From IMG/VR virus record IMGVR_UViG_3300036806_000149, positions 20,778 through 84,777 of that record: a stretch of 64,000 nucleotides of DNA. One strand, given 5' to 3'. Below the pieces are notes generated by a model. That model had not been told where the DNA came from and made no database searches. It saw only the letters and a program-made list of their open reading frames with translations. Source of the DNA: a virus. Positions 1 through 8,674 of this stretch are shown one piece after another. Position 1 is the first letter of the stretch. Every line of letters begins with the position of its first letter. Both the position numbers and the translations under genes were made by a program.

Positions 1-168
1 GCTCGGCGCACCAGCTCTCACCAGCTTGACGTCGCGAAAGCCGGGAGCCGTGGGATGCCCGTGATACGCCTCCTCCGTCGCCAGCCAGCCCTGGTAGACC
101 GGATCGGGCGCGTCGGGATGACGCGGCATCAGCGGGTCGGTAGAGCTGAAGCGAAACGGGTTGGCCAT
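1..168 (-). CDS. Hypothetical protein, truncated by the window edge (MANPFRFSSTDPLMPRHPDAPDPVYQGW...)
   Basis: Manually translated; ATG at 168 lies 5 nt after the upstream stop; frame stays open to position 1. Confidence 0.6.
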   Translation of the reverse strand, partial: MANPFRFSSTDPLMPRHPDAPDPVYQGWLATEEAYHGHPTAPGFRDVKLVRAGAPS

Positions 169-173
169 CTAGA

Positions 174-686
174 TCACGTCACGTCGTCGCCCGGGGCCGG
201 AGCCTCAGCGGGGGTCTCTGCTCCCTCAGCCGGATTAGTGTCCGGAGCAGCACCCGTGTCAGGGGCGGCAGCCGGAGCGGTGTCTGGAGCCCCCGCGCCA
301 GGAGCGACGTCGCCACCGCCAGCGTCTGGAGCAGCGCCACCGGCGTCAGGTGGAGCCGCCTGGCCGCCGCCCGAGGCACTCTGGGTGGCCTCGACCAGCC
401 CGCTGGTCACCGCCTGGAGGTTGTTGTGCAGCTCTTCGAGCTGGTCGTCGGTCACCGCACTGGCTCCGGCGTCCTTGAGCTGGGCGACCTGATCAGCCAG
501 CGCCTCAAGCTCTGAGACCGCGCCTGACTCGGCGGCCTGAAGGTCAGCGATGTCCTGCTTGATCTGCTCTACGTCAGCCATGAGTCGCTCCAGTGTGTAG
601 GTGAGAAACCATCCATATCGCCTGCGGAACCGCATCCAGCCCTGAACGCCGCTGGGAACCTGCATCACGCTATCGGGTATCTGCAA
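174..686 (-). CDS. Acidic coiled-coil hypothetical protein with Ala/Pro/Gly-rich tail
   Basis: ORF track; GGGAGG RBS before the TTG start; heptad-like segment MADVEQIKQDIADLQAAE... Confidence 0.65.
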   Translation of the reverse strand: MQIPDSVMQVPSGVQGWMRFRRRYGWFLTYTLERLMADVEQIKQDIADLQAAESGAVSELEALADQVAQLKDAGASAVTDDQLEELHNNLQAVTSGLVEATQSASGGGQAAPPDAGGAAPDAGGGDVAPGAGAPDTAPAAAPDTGAAPDTNPAEGAETPAEAPAPGDDVT

Positions 687-698
687 GCGAGATCCTCC

Positions 699-974
699 CT
701 ATGCCGATGTACCGCCTCCGCCCTCAGCGGGCGCGGCCGGCGTAGTTGCGGGCGCAGCGGTCTCAGCGCCACCACTGGGGCCTGATCCAGTAGCGGAGGA
801 ATCGGCGGCTGTCGCCTGACTCTCAGCAGTTGCTTCGCCGCTGGGAGCCGTTATCACGCTGGGCGGCTTTCCCTCCGGAGCCTGATTGGGAATCATTCCG
901 GGGCGCGGGGCTCCGGGGTACTTCTTCTGCTCCTGCTGCTCCTCCTGCTGCTCTTGCTTCTGCTCTTCGGCCAT
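699..974 (-). CDS. Low-complexity acidic/Gln-rich small protein
   Basis: ORF track; TGATG overlap with the upstream gene. Confidence 0.6.
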   Translation of the reverse strand: MAEEQKQEQQEEQQEQKKYPGAPRPGMIPNQAPEGKPPSVITAPSGEATAESQATAADSSATGSGPSGGAETAAPATTPAAPAEGGGGTSA

Positions 975-1129
975 CACTTCTTCTTTCGAGTCGTGGATCG
1001 TCGCTTGGCGGTGCTCTTCGAGCCCGTCTTCTTCTTCTTGCGCCCCTTCCCAATCTCACCGCTTCGCATGCGCTCGATGTTCTTCTGAAAAGCAGGAGGC
1101 AAGGCCGCCTTCTTGCGCTTGCGGGCCAT
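974..1129 (-). CDS. Small Lys/Arg-rich basic protein (51 aa, MARKRKKAALPPAFQKNIERMRSG...)
   Basis: Manually translated; TGATG coupling at both ends. Confidence 0.65.
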   Translation of the reverse strand: MARKRKKAALPPAFQKNIERMRSGEIGKGRKKKKTGSKSTAKRRSTTRKKK

Positions 1130-1278
1130 CAGAACCGGTTGGGCAAATTGGTCGGCCCGTACGAGGCCGGCTTCCCGTAGAAGCTCTTGGGGGCTGACTT
1201 GGCGGGCTTCTTCGGAAACTTTCCGCCCTTGCGCGACGGCTTGAGCTTGGCCAGCGACGCCTTCTTGCGCCGGGCCAT
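1129..1278 (-). CDS. Small Lys-rich basic protein (49 aa, MARRKKASLAKLKPSRKGGKFPKK...)
   Basis: Manually translated; TGATG coupling at both ends. Confidence 0.65.
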   Translation of the reverse strand: MARRKKASLAKLKPSRKGGKFPKKPAKSAPKSFYGKPASYGPTNLPNRF

Positions 1279-1502
1279 CAGCGCCACCCCTTCTTCCCCG
1301 ATCGCAGACGATTGGTCCGCAGAAAGTTTCTCAGGCCCTTGCGACTGCCCGGCCGAGGTCCCATAGAGGGCATGGGCGTGGACCGAGGGGTGCGCGGGCC
1401 GCCTTTGGCCCTGACCGGCGTGACCTTCTTGTCGATGACGCCGGGCTTGAGTCGAGGGCCGAGACCAGTCGGAGTGACCGGGCTGGGGCGAGATGCGGCC
1501 AT
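1278..1502 (-). CDS. Small basic Pro/Arg-rich protein
   Basis: ORF track; AAGGAG RBS and TGATG coupling. Confidence 0.6.
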   Translation of the reverse strand: MAASRPSPVTPTGLGPRLKPGVIDKKVTPVRAKGGPRTPRSTPMPSMGPRPGSRKGLRNFLRTNRLRSGKKGWR

Positions 1503-1663
1503 CACTTTCTCCTTCGCTTAGGGGGCGTCGTGCCTTTCAGCTTCTTCCCGTGCTTCGCGTAGGCCGCCTTGCGTGTCCCCGCTGCCGATTTCTTGTGGTT
1601 GGTCCGGCGATGGCCCCGTTTCGCCGCGTCGGATTTGCGCTTACCGCGAACGAAGTTGGCCAC
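1502..1663 (-). CDS. Small basic protein (53 aa, MANFVRGKRKSDAAKRGHRRTNHKK...)
   Basis: Manually translated; GTG start 6 nt after a TAGGAT -10-like box; TGATG overlap downstream. Confidence 0.6.
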   Translation of the reverse strand: MANFVRGKRKSDAAKRGHRRTNHKKSAAGTRKAAYAKHGKKLKGTTPPKRRRK

Positions 1664-1683
1664 GATGAGATCCTACCTGAAGA

Positions 1684-1836
1684 TCAGCGCTTCTTTCGGC
1701 GTCTGGTGCGCTTGGTCCGGCGCACGTGCGCGTTGCTGATCCGGGCCGCTCGCTGCTTGGAATGGCCCTTGCGCCGCAGCGCCATATACATCCGAGGGTG
1801 CTTGATTCCCGCCTTGCGAAGTTTCCGAGCCGGCAT
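1684..1836 (-). CDS. Small basic protein (50 aa) with an IKHPRMYMALRRKGHSKQRAARISN motif
   Basis: Manually translated; resembles a small-protein motif (YEALRRKGxSKxKAARIxN) recalled from phages and actinobacteria; AGGAGG RBS. Confidence 0.7.
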   Translation of the reverse strand: MPARKLRKAGIKHPRMYMALRRKGHSKQRAARISNAHVRRTKRTRRRKKR

Positions 1837-2003
1837 CACTTCCTCCTTTTGGGCCGACGGCGGCGGTGCGCCTTGACCCGAATCTTTCTGCTCCCCCGCC
1901 GGCGTGTGTGACGCGAAACGCTCACCCCCGCCTCGCGCCGATCACGCGCCGACGCCTTGCCGCTAGCGATCTCCGCTCGATCCCTTGTTGACGCTCGTGC
2001 CAT
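1836..2003 (-). CDS. Small Arg-rich protein (55 aa, MARASTRDRAEIASGK...VSRHTRRRGSRKIRVKAHRRRRPKRRK)
   Basis: Manually translated; GGGAG RBS; TGATG overlap downstream. Confidence 0.6.
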   Translation of the reverse strand: MARASTRDRAEIASGKASARDRREAGVSVSRHTRRRGSRKIRVKAHRRRRPKRRK

Positions 2004-2015
2004 CACTCTCCCGCC

Positions 2016-2411
2016 TCACTTGTGAACCTTGAAATCACCACAGTGGATCGCGAACGCCTTGACGAGCATCGGCAGCGTGCGCTGGGTCCAGAAAGACACC
2101 TCGGCTCGATCGAAGGCGCGCACGGCTTCAGACACCTGCGGATCGGCAGCGCGCGCCCGACGCAACGCGATCTCCTTGCGAATGAAGTCCACGAATACGT
2201 TCGCCGTGCCCACCACGATGTTGCAGTCGCGCTGGATCAGCACCGTCGCAGTCTTGATGATCTGATTCTGGCTGTCCTTGATGTCCTGCTGCTGGGCGTA
2301 GTTGACCGCCAATCCGGCCACCACCACCGTCGCCAGAATGACGTACCCGATCAGCGCCAGCCGGAACCGACGTCGCACCGTCGTCGGCGGCAGATCGTCG
2401 ATCTCAGGCAT
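2016..2411 (-). CDS. Membrane-anchored protein (one N-terminal TM helix, two Cys), possible lysis accessory
   Basis: RRRFR followed by hydrophobic LALIGYVILATVVVAGLAV. Confidence 0.65.
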   Translation of the reverse strand: MPEIDDLPPTTVRRRFRLALIGYVILATVVVAGLAVNYAQQQDIKDSQNQIIKTATVLIQRDCNIVVGTANVFVDFIRKEIALRRARAADPQVSEAVRAFDRAEVSFWTQRTLPMLVKAFAIHCGDFKVHK

Positions 2412-2676
2412 CGACCGGGTCGGCCGCCGCGTGCAGCATGGGATTGAAGCCCACCATCGCGCCCCCCAAGGTCAGCGCGGCCGGATGAATGGGCGGAAAG
2501 AGCGAGTAGACGACGAGCCCTACGCCGACGGCAATCAGCACGTACGCCCGAACCAACCGGAGCGTCTGCTGGTGATGGCGATACCGAGCCTTGTCGTCCT
2601 GAGCCTCAGCAGAAATCTCCTTCTGAGACTTCACAGCGGTGCGCCGCCGAGCCAAAGGCTTCTCCTTCGCGACCAT
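2404..2676 (-). CDS. Small membrane protein with two hydrophobic segments (holin-like)
   Basis: AYVLIAVGVGLVVYSLF and AALTLGGAMVGF; overlaps the start of the next gene. Confidence 0.55.
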   Translation of the reverse strand: MVAKEKPLARRRTAVKSQKEISAEAQDDKARYRHHQQTLRLVRAYVLIAVGVGLVVYSLFPPIHPAALTLGGAMVGFNPMLHAAADPVDA

Positions 2677-2700
2677 CTGACTCTCTTTAGAATGAAATAC

Positions 2701-2730
2701 GGGGCGATGGTCCGCCACGACCATCGTCCC
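2701..2730 (-). terminator. Hairpin, possible intrinsic terminator
   Basis: GGGGCGATGGTC / GACCATCGTCCC inverted repeat; T-rich run follows on the minus strand. Confidence 0.4.
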
Positions 2731-2766
2731 GCAGCTTACGGCAAGGAGGCTCTCAGCGGGCCAAAT

Positions 2767-2925
2767 TCAGCGTGGTACACGCCGGCCGCCCCACGGCCTT
2801 CCATACCCAACGAGCCACACGATCAGCACTGCTGCCACCAGGATGAGCAGGAGCGGACTCCAAAATACTCCACCGAAGATGGCGGCAATGATGATCAGTA
2901 GCAAGATGATTGCTAGGAGATCCAT
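2767..2925 (-). CDS. Very hydrophobic 52-aa membrane peptide (MDLLAIILLLIIIAAIFGGVFWSPLLLILVAAVLIVWLVG...)
   Basis: Manually translated; helical-hairpin hydrophobicity with a basic C-terminal tail. Confidence 0.65.
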   Translation of the reverse strand: MDLLAIILLLIIIAAIFGGVFWSPLLLILVAAVLIVWLVGYGRPWGGRRVPR

Positions 2926-2950
2926 TTCCTGTATCTACCCCTTCTAATCC

Positions 2951-3298
2951 TCAGCGACCCTTCTTGCGCTTCCGAGAAGCAGGTTTGAGGACATTCAAGT
3001 AGAAGCTCGCCTGCCGTTTCGCCCGCGTCGAGCCATGCCTCATATCGTGTTGGGCTTGAGCGTGGACCGAGCGCTTCTTGCCGCTCTTGGCCCGCCGGGT
3101 CAGCGCTCCTGGACGCTTGATCGCCGAGGCGATGAACTTGCCCGAACCCTTCTTGCGAGTGCTCGTTCGCTTGCCAGCACTGCTCGTACTGCGCCGACGA
3201 GTCGATGACGACTTGCGACCGATCGGCGACTTTCGGCTGCGTGCGGCGGCCCGTCCACCCTTGCGTTGCGCCGCTTTGGACGGCTTTCTTCGCGCCAT
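2951..3298 (-). CDS. Highly basic histone/protamine-like protein (115 aa)
   Basis: K/R/S-rich; FIASAIKRPGAL...KRQASFYLNVLK core; GGAGG RBS. Confidence 0.75.
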   Translation of the reverse strand: MARRKPSKAAQRKGGRAAARSRKSPIGRKSSSTRRRSTSSAGKRTSTRKKGSGKFIASAIKRPGALTRRAKSGKKRSVHAQAQHDMRHGSTRAKRQASFYLNVLKPASRKRKKGR

Positions 3299-3328
3299 GG
3301 CTCACCTCCAGATGGGTTGTCCGAGAGC

Positions 3329-3760
3329 CTACTCGTGATCGTCACGAAGAATCTCCGGAATCTGGGCGCGAGCGCGTTTCTGTTCCGCTCGGGTGGGGGT
3401 CACATAGCGAGCATTCGGTGAACTGATGAGTCTCAGGAAATCTTCTCCTCTAAGAGTCACGAAAACCTCCTCGTTTTCGATGACTACGGCCAGGGCGGGC
3501 ACGATATCACCGCCCTTGCCGCCTGGTCCGTGGATCGCCTGCTCGACCTCGCGCATCAATTGCTTAGAAACGCGGAAAGATTCGGCCGAGGTCTCCTTGA
3601 GGGAGAAGAGGAACTGCACGTCGCCCACGTCCAGCGGAGCGGTCCACTGATTGCCAGAACCGCGAGTAGGCTCGACGCCGAAGAACTTGCTCCAGAACGA
3701 TTCGAACCGCCGGCCCTCCTGCTGGGGCGTGCTGCCCGGCCGGGGACGCTTGCGGAGCAC
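3329..3760 (-). CDS. PD-(D/E)XK-like nuclease, Holliday-junction-resolvase-like
   Basis: GRRFE...GSG...D...SLK pattern; GTG start overlapping the upstream TAG stop. Confidence 0.5.
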   Translation of the reverse strand: MLRKRPRPGSTPQQEGRRFESFWSKFFGVEPTRGSGNQWTAPLDVGDVQFLFSLKETSAESFRVSKQLMREVEQAIHGPGGKGGDIVPALAVVIENEEVFVTLRGEDFLRLISSPNARYVTPTRAEQKRARAQIPEILRDDHE

Positions 3761-4125
3761 TAGGACGGCAGCTCTGGCTCGCGGCCCTCTTTGAGCGCCG
3801 CCACGACCGCTCCGTGGCCCCGCAGGGCCTCTTCCTCGCTGGAGTAGCGCCAGCACCACTCGTCATAGGGAGCCGTGTGCGCATCATCGTCCCGAACAAA
3901 CACCATCGTCTCGAAGATCACCGGCTCCTCGGATTCGCCAAAGCTGTGATCAACCCCTAGCCATACTGTTGATACTTCATAGCAATCGACCTTCGTCTTG
4001 GCTACTTTCCTGTAGTCATAGTCCTTCAGCAGATCGTTGATACGACCCAAGGGCTCCAGCAGAATGTTTCCTGCGGCATCCCACGTCTCGATCGGCTCTC
4101 CGTCGCGGTCGTACCAGTAGGCCAT
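3760..4125 (-). CDS. Conserved phage hypothetical protein
   Basis: VSTVWLGVDH...PVIFETMVF motif recalled from phage proteins. Confidence 0.75.
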   Translation of the reverse strand: MAYWYDRDGEPIETWDAAGNILLEPLGRINDLLKDYDYRKVAKTKVDCYEVSTVWLGVDHSFGESEEPVIFETMVFVRDDDAHTAPYDEWCWRYSSEEEALRGHGAVVAALKEGREPELPS

Positions 4126-4481
4126 GCAAAGATCTTATCAACTACCCGACACCACGTGGACCACCAGCAGCATGATCGCCGCTATGAGACTCAGCAGAAA
4201 GATGATGACGATGAACAGATCATGCCTGCGCACCGACTGCTTGCACCGCAGAAACAGCTCGGGCTTGAGCGCAGGCGATGACGGAGGCAGCAGCTCGCTC
4301 TTGATGGTCTCCGGAGAAGACCATTCCGGCAGCTCTTGTATCTCCATCGAGAGTTAGCCCGCCCCCAATCAATCCAGTGCGGCCATCATCGTAGGTGATC
4401 GGAACCGCAACGGCCAGGCTCCCTCGCGAAATCGAGGAGTAGAAGCTGCTCGTTGCGGTCAAAGACATGGTCTCTTCTCTC

Positions 4482-5228
4482 TCATGCGGCGCGGCGTTTG
4501 CGCGCCTTGGCATCGACGAACTCACGCAACGAGGCGTGCTGGCGACGATCGTATTTGCCGAGATCCTCGGCCGACAGCTTGCCGCCGTCGCTGAACACCT
4601 GAAACCACTCGCCATCGGCGTTGGCGAAGCTCACGTAGCCCCCATCGGCGATCTCACGCGGCTGCTGGCAGGCTCCCGCGCGCGAGTAGGGATTGGTCCC
4701 GTACACCGCCCAGGTGCGATACCAGGTCGGCAGCAGGAAGTCAGACAGAGCCACCCCGCCGACCTCATAGCTGGTGTTCTCACACGGATCGCAGACTTCG
4801 AGCAGATAGTGGACGCGGCTGGAGATGCGCTTGAGGCCGAACTGTTTCCAGTCCAGATCGACGCCGTGAGGCAGCGCCGCCGAGTGCATCCGGTTGCCGA
4901 ACGGGTCGGCCAGCATCTCCAGCAGCTCGTGGCTGACCGAGACCGGCCAGTCATTGGTGTCCTCGACGTAGGAGACAGGTTGGTTGTGGGCGTCGGTGAG
5001 GTGGTAGCCGAGCGCGTCGGGTTCATCGAGCTTGGCCTGAATCACCACCTGCCAGGTGCCGGCGGGAACCTCGGCGTAGACCCCCACCGTGGCCCGCACG
5101 TGCCACACCGGAGCGAAGTCCGCTTGGACCTGCTCGTTGAGCGCACCGGCGACCTCCTGGAGCTGCGCCCAATCGATCCTCCCGGTCGCGTCCACCAGCG
5201 CGACATGTACTGGAATAGCAGAAGTCAT
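4482..5228 (-). CDS. Putative zinc-metallopeptidase-like protein
   Basis: ALGYH...SHELLEMLADP...EVCDPCE motifs. Confidence 0.6.
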   Translation of the reverse strand: MTSAIPVHVALVDATGRIDWAQLQEVAGALNEQVQADFAPVWHVRATVGVYAEVPAGTWQVVIQAKLDEPDALGYHLTDAHNQPVSYVEDTNDWPVSVSHELLEMLADPFGNRMHSAALPHGVDLDWKQFGLKRISSRVHYLLEVCDPCENTSYEVGGVALSDFLLPTWYRTWAVYGTNPYSRAGACQQPREIADGGYVSFANADGEWFQVFSDGGKLSAEDLGKYDRRQHASLREFVDAKARKRRAA

Positions 5229-5241
5229 AGCTACACTCCCC

Positions 5242-5964
5242 CTACGTCGGCCAGCTAGTCACGTACACGGTGGCGCGCGAAATATAAGAATCCACCCACT
5301 CGCGCGGGGTACGCAACCGGCCTCCCGAAGCGATCATGATCCACTGCTGGGGAAGCGCGTCCTGCGCCGGATCGCGGTAGATCGATCCCCGGAAGGCCAG
5401 GTTGTCGGCCGCGTAGGGCCAGTTGTGGTTGAGCGTGGCGAGCTGCCAGGCCAACTTATCGGTGGAAACTTTCGGGGCCTTGCGAAAGGCGTCCTTCTGC
5501 GTCCGCAGCGTCTTGCCGGCCTCGGTCGCCATCGTCTTGGCGTTATAGGCGTTGGCGTAGTTCTCCTCTGAGCGCAAGCGCGGCGGGAAGGCGTCCTGAT
5601 AGGGACCGATGTCAAAGCCACTGGGATCGGTGGGATGCCCCGTGTAGGCCGCCACCGCGTAGCCGGACTCGTTCTCACACAGCCCCTGGAGCAGCCCCTT
5701 GGGAAGCCGGGAGAACTTCTCGGGAGTCTGGGCCAGGAACAGGCACAGGCTCCGCTGGGTCATGATCCCGGCGATCCCATCGGCGACCAGCTTCTGCTTG
5801 ATCTGAAACGCCTTGACGGCAGCATCGGTAGCGGGTCCGAAGCTGCCGTCAGTGGTGATCGAGACGCCGGCCGCGCGCAAATTCAACTGCAACGCCCACA
5901 CGTCGGTGCCCGCCATCCCCCGCTTGAAGACGTAGCGATAGCGCGGAACTGGTTCCCAGCTCAT
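5242..5964 (-). CDS. Endolysin-like protein: peptidoglycan-binding domain plus lysozyme/transglycosylase-like domain
   Basis: DGSFGPATDAAVKAFQ...LVADGIAG PG-binding motif; ENESG catalytic-Glu-like motif; adjacent to the holin. Confidence 0.7.
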   Translation of the reverse strand: MSWEPVPRYRYVFKRGMAGTDVWALQLNLRAAGVSITTDGSFGPATDAAVKAFQIKQKLVADGIAGIMTQRSLCLFLAQTPEKFSRLPKGLLQGLCENESGYAVAAYTGHPTDPSGFDIGPYQDAFPPRLRSEENYANAYNAKTMATEAGKTLRTQKDAFRKAPKVSTDKLAWQLATLNHNWPYAADNLAFRGSIYRDPAQDALPQQWIMIASGGRLRTPREWVDSYISRATVYVTSWPT

Positions 5965-6413
5965 GGCCGCCGAGGCCGCTCTTCGCCGGTGGGCGGCACC
6001 GGGACGCCCGGTGGGATCGGCTGATCGGGTGGCTGTGAGACGTCGGGAAGCTCCGGCGGGACCTCAGCACCCGGCACCGGAGCAGAATCACCACCGGCCG
6101 TGGTCGGGTCATAGTCACCAGCGGGCAGCTCGTCGGGGTGAACGTCGGGACCGTTGGCCATCTCGCCGGCCACCTGGGTCTCGAACTGCTGCCAGCCGGT
6201 CAGCCACTTGTGATGGCCGGCCCACACCAGGATCGCGGTGAGCCCGAACACGATGCCCTGGGTGAGCATCGAGGAGATCGAGGACTTAGTGGTGTGAAAG
6301 ATCCCCAGGAAGTGGACGTGGACCAGCAGCCAGTCGGCCAACGCGCCGCTGATAATGGCGATGTAGGGACCGGCGAAGGCCACGACCCGGTTGATGGGGA
6401 TTTTGTTGCCCAT
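5961..6413 (-). CDS. Holin
   Basis: Two TM segments and an acidic tail; lies between two endolysins. Confidence 0.65.
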   Translation of the reverse strand: MGNKIPINRVVAFAGPYIAIISGALADWLLVHVHFLGIFHTTKSSISSMLTQGIVFGLTAILVWAGHHKWLTGWQQFETQVAGEMANGPDVHPDELPAGDYDPTTAGGDSAPVPGAEVPPELPDVSQPPDQPIPPGVPVPPTGEERPRRP

Positions 6414-6421
6414 GACGTCTC

Positions 6422-7063
6422 CTATTTGTGGTACCGACGTTTGAGCGCGGCCATCGTCTGCGGACCGACGACGCCATCGGCTTTGAGCTTGACGTGCTTC
6501 TGGAACGCCACCACCGCACCGTGTGTAGACCGGCCGAAGACTCCGTCGATCGTCGCAGGACGACCCGGCCTGGCCTTGTGCAGGTAGTTACCGCGCAGCA
6601 AGTAGATCTGAAGCGTCTTGACGTCGTCGCCGCGCATTCCGTAGCGCAGCACCGAGCGTGGTCCAGCCGGCGCAACACTGCCATGCCAAATACCGGGGTT
6701 GTACTTGATGTGCCACCACTCACTCTGAGCGTCTGACCATGCCTTGGCCCAACCGTAACTGCGTCCGATTTGATCGACCGCCCAGCGATCCCACTGACTC
6801 GCCAAGTCGATTGCCAGGCCCCAGCCATGATTTGAACTCCCGGGACGCGCCGCCAGATTGCCACGACCCGAGAGATAAAGATTCCAGAAGTACCACTGTT
6901 TGGCGATCGTCCGGTAAGACGATATGACGTGGATAGGACGACCCCACCGACTCTGCGCGGCAGCGGCCATGGCGTTGAAGGCAGCGGCAGCATCGCGCCG
7001 CAGGTAGTAGCCACCACCGATCGACGCTAGCTCGGAATTTGAGAGCTGACCGTTGGCACTCAC
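6422..7063 (-). CDS. Endolysin: M15 (VanY-like) Zn peptidase plus C-terminal PG-binding domain
   Basis: SSYRT...PGSSNHGWGLAID...EWWH; DGVFG...AFQ...DGVVGPQT. Confidence 0.88.
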   Translation of the reverse strand: MSANGQLSNSELASIGGGYYLRRDAAAAFNAMAAAAQSRWGRPIHVISSYRTIAKQWYFWNLYLSGRGNLAARPGSSNHGWGLAIDLASQWDRWAVDQIGRSYGWAKAWSDAQSEWWHIKYNPGIWHGSVAPAGPRSVLRYGMRGDDVKTLQIYLLRGNYLHKARPGRPATIDGVFGRSTHGAVVAFQKHVKLKADGVVGPQTMAALKRRYHK

Positions 7064-7090
7064 GCAGCTTCCTCCATACCATTAGGGCTC

Positions 7091-7267
7091 ATGAACGAAC
7101 AACTGCCAATTCCCGAAGGTGAGCGAGCCGCTGACGATGACTCGCTCGACACCCACGAGGACAACGAGGCTGAGCTAGACGCGGTATTCGGCGAGCCCGA
7201 CGAGATGGAGGGCGAGGACGAAGGCGACTCGGGAACCGATGAAGAACCCGCCGGAGAGCAATCGTGA
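7091..7267 (+). CDS. Very acidic 58-aa peptide
   Basis: Manually translated (MNEQLPIPEGERAADDDSLDTHEDNE...); GTGA overlap with the NlpC/P60 gene. Confidence 0.55.
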   Translation: MNEQLPIPEGERAADDDSLDTHEDNEAELDAVFGEPDEMEGEDEGDSGTDEEPAGEQS

Positions 7268-7761
7268 GCGTCTCGGGTCTGAGCGCCACCGACCAGGCGC
7301 GCGCTCGCGACCGTGCCGTCCAGGCCGCGATGGTCGGCTACGCCCACAAGACGGGCCTGCACTACACCACGGGAGCGCGACGCTGGCAGGGCATTCAACT
7401 GCGCCTGAACGCTCGCGCCGGCCACTTCCCAGACTGGGCCGACTGCTCCTCGTTTTGCTCGTGGTGTCTGTGGAGCGGGCTCGGGCTGGGCTTCAACCGT
7501 CCCGATAGCGTCAACGGCTGTAGCTGGCGAGCCGGCTTCACCGGCACCATGCTCACACACGGAGTCCCGGTTCGCTTTGCCTCCAATGCGCTTGCGGGCG
7601 ACTGTGTGATCTACGGATCTGGATATCCCGGACGTCATGCCGCAATCGTCGTCAAGTCTGGCAACACGCCAATGGTCATCTCTAACGGCTCCGAAGCCGG
7701 GCCGTTTTACCTGCCCTACAACTATCGCCGCGATTTGATGGGGATTCGCCGTTACATCTGA
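7264..7761 (+). CDS. NlpC/P60 family cysteine peptidase
   Basis: DCSSF catalytic Cys; GDCVIY...GRHAAIV catalytic His. Confidence 0.8.
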   Translation: MSVSGLSATDQARARDRAVQAAMVGYAHKTGLHYTTGARRWQGIQLRLNARAGHFPDWADCSSFCSWCLWSGLGLGFNRPDSVNGCSWRAGFTGTMLTHGVPVRFASNALAGDCVIYGSGYPGRHAAIVVKSGNTPMVISNGSEAGPFYLPYNYRRDLMGIRRYI

Positions 7762-7999
7762 GCACTAAGCGGGATTCCACGACACATCACGTCCCTGGAT
7801 GTGACGTGGAGATCCCTGGGACGTCTGGGGCGATTGGGCCGGACTCGCCTCCGGTGTGGGGGTGGGTGAAGACGAGCAGTCGCCCTCTGAACGTCATCGG
7901 GTGATCATAGTCCCAATTTCCGCGTAAATGCCGAGAAATCGGGTATTCCCCGGTAACTGGGACAACTTCCCGAGATGTCTAGGAAGTAGCTACAAAAGA

Positions 8000-8674
8000 T
8001 TATGAAACTGCTTCTTCCTCTACTACCTCTGACAGGAAGGTTAGATCTCCTTCCCATACATCAGATGCAGCAATCATGGCACGGTGTTGGTCAACTGCCG
8101 CATGATGCGCAGCAGGAATACGTGCTTTGAGGAACTTATCGACTTGCTGAGTGTCATGCCCCAGTGACTCTAGGCGATGTGCAACCTCTGCAATCTGTTC
8201 CGGCGTGGTGTTGTTGATCAGCTTGCGAAGGTATCCCCGGGGAGTGACGATTCGCACCCTCCGCCGGCCCGACTGGATCGAACCGCCTTGGCGAAGCTGA
8301 TGATCGAGGGCATCGACCAGATCGCTGAGGCGCTGTTCCTGCACGGCGGCCAGGAACTCCTGGGGGTTGACCGACTGAGGATTCTTGGCGTGGGCCTGGA
8401 TGAAGTCCTGGATGTCTGAGATCTGGGGGTTGTCGTACTCGCGCGAGGCCGTCCGCACCGCATCCATGAAGCGATGCCACTCCACTGGATCGACATTGGC
8501 CGGAGCCTTGGCACCCGTGGCCGCACGATGGCCGACACCGAACTTGCCCGAGCGGGTGTCATGGAGCGGGTTACCGCTCTTCTGGCCCGGCGCAGCTTGA
8601 GAGATCCCAGAGGGAGCGACGTCGGCCAACAGAACCGGGAAGCCATTGTCATCGACAAGCCTGACCTCAGCCAT
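8000..8674 (-). CDS. Hypothetical protein, possibly head-associated
   Basis: NPLHDTRSGKF motif of a type recalled from head-morphogenesis proteins; directly after the portal. Confidence 0.65.
   Translation of the reverse strand: MAEVRLVDDNGFPVLLADVAPSGISQAAPGQKSGNPLHDTRSGKFGVGHRAATGAKAPANVDPVEWHRFMDAVRTASREYDNPQISDIQDFIQAHAKNPQSVNPQEFLAAVQEQRLSDLVDALDHQLRQGGSIQSGRRRVRIVTPRGYLRKLINNTTPEQIAEVAHRLESLGHDTQQVDKFLKARIPAAHHAAVDQHRAMIAASDVWEGDLTFLSEVVEEEAVS

Noticed and set aside
4138-4468. Two overlapping small minus-strand ORFs (4220-4468 and 4138-4347)
   Set aside because: I cannot tell which, if either, is real, so neither is annotated.
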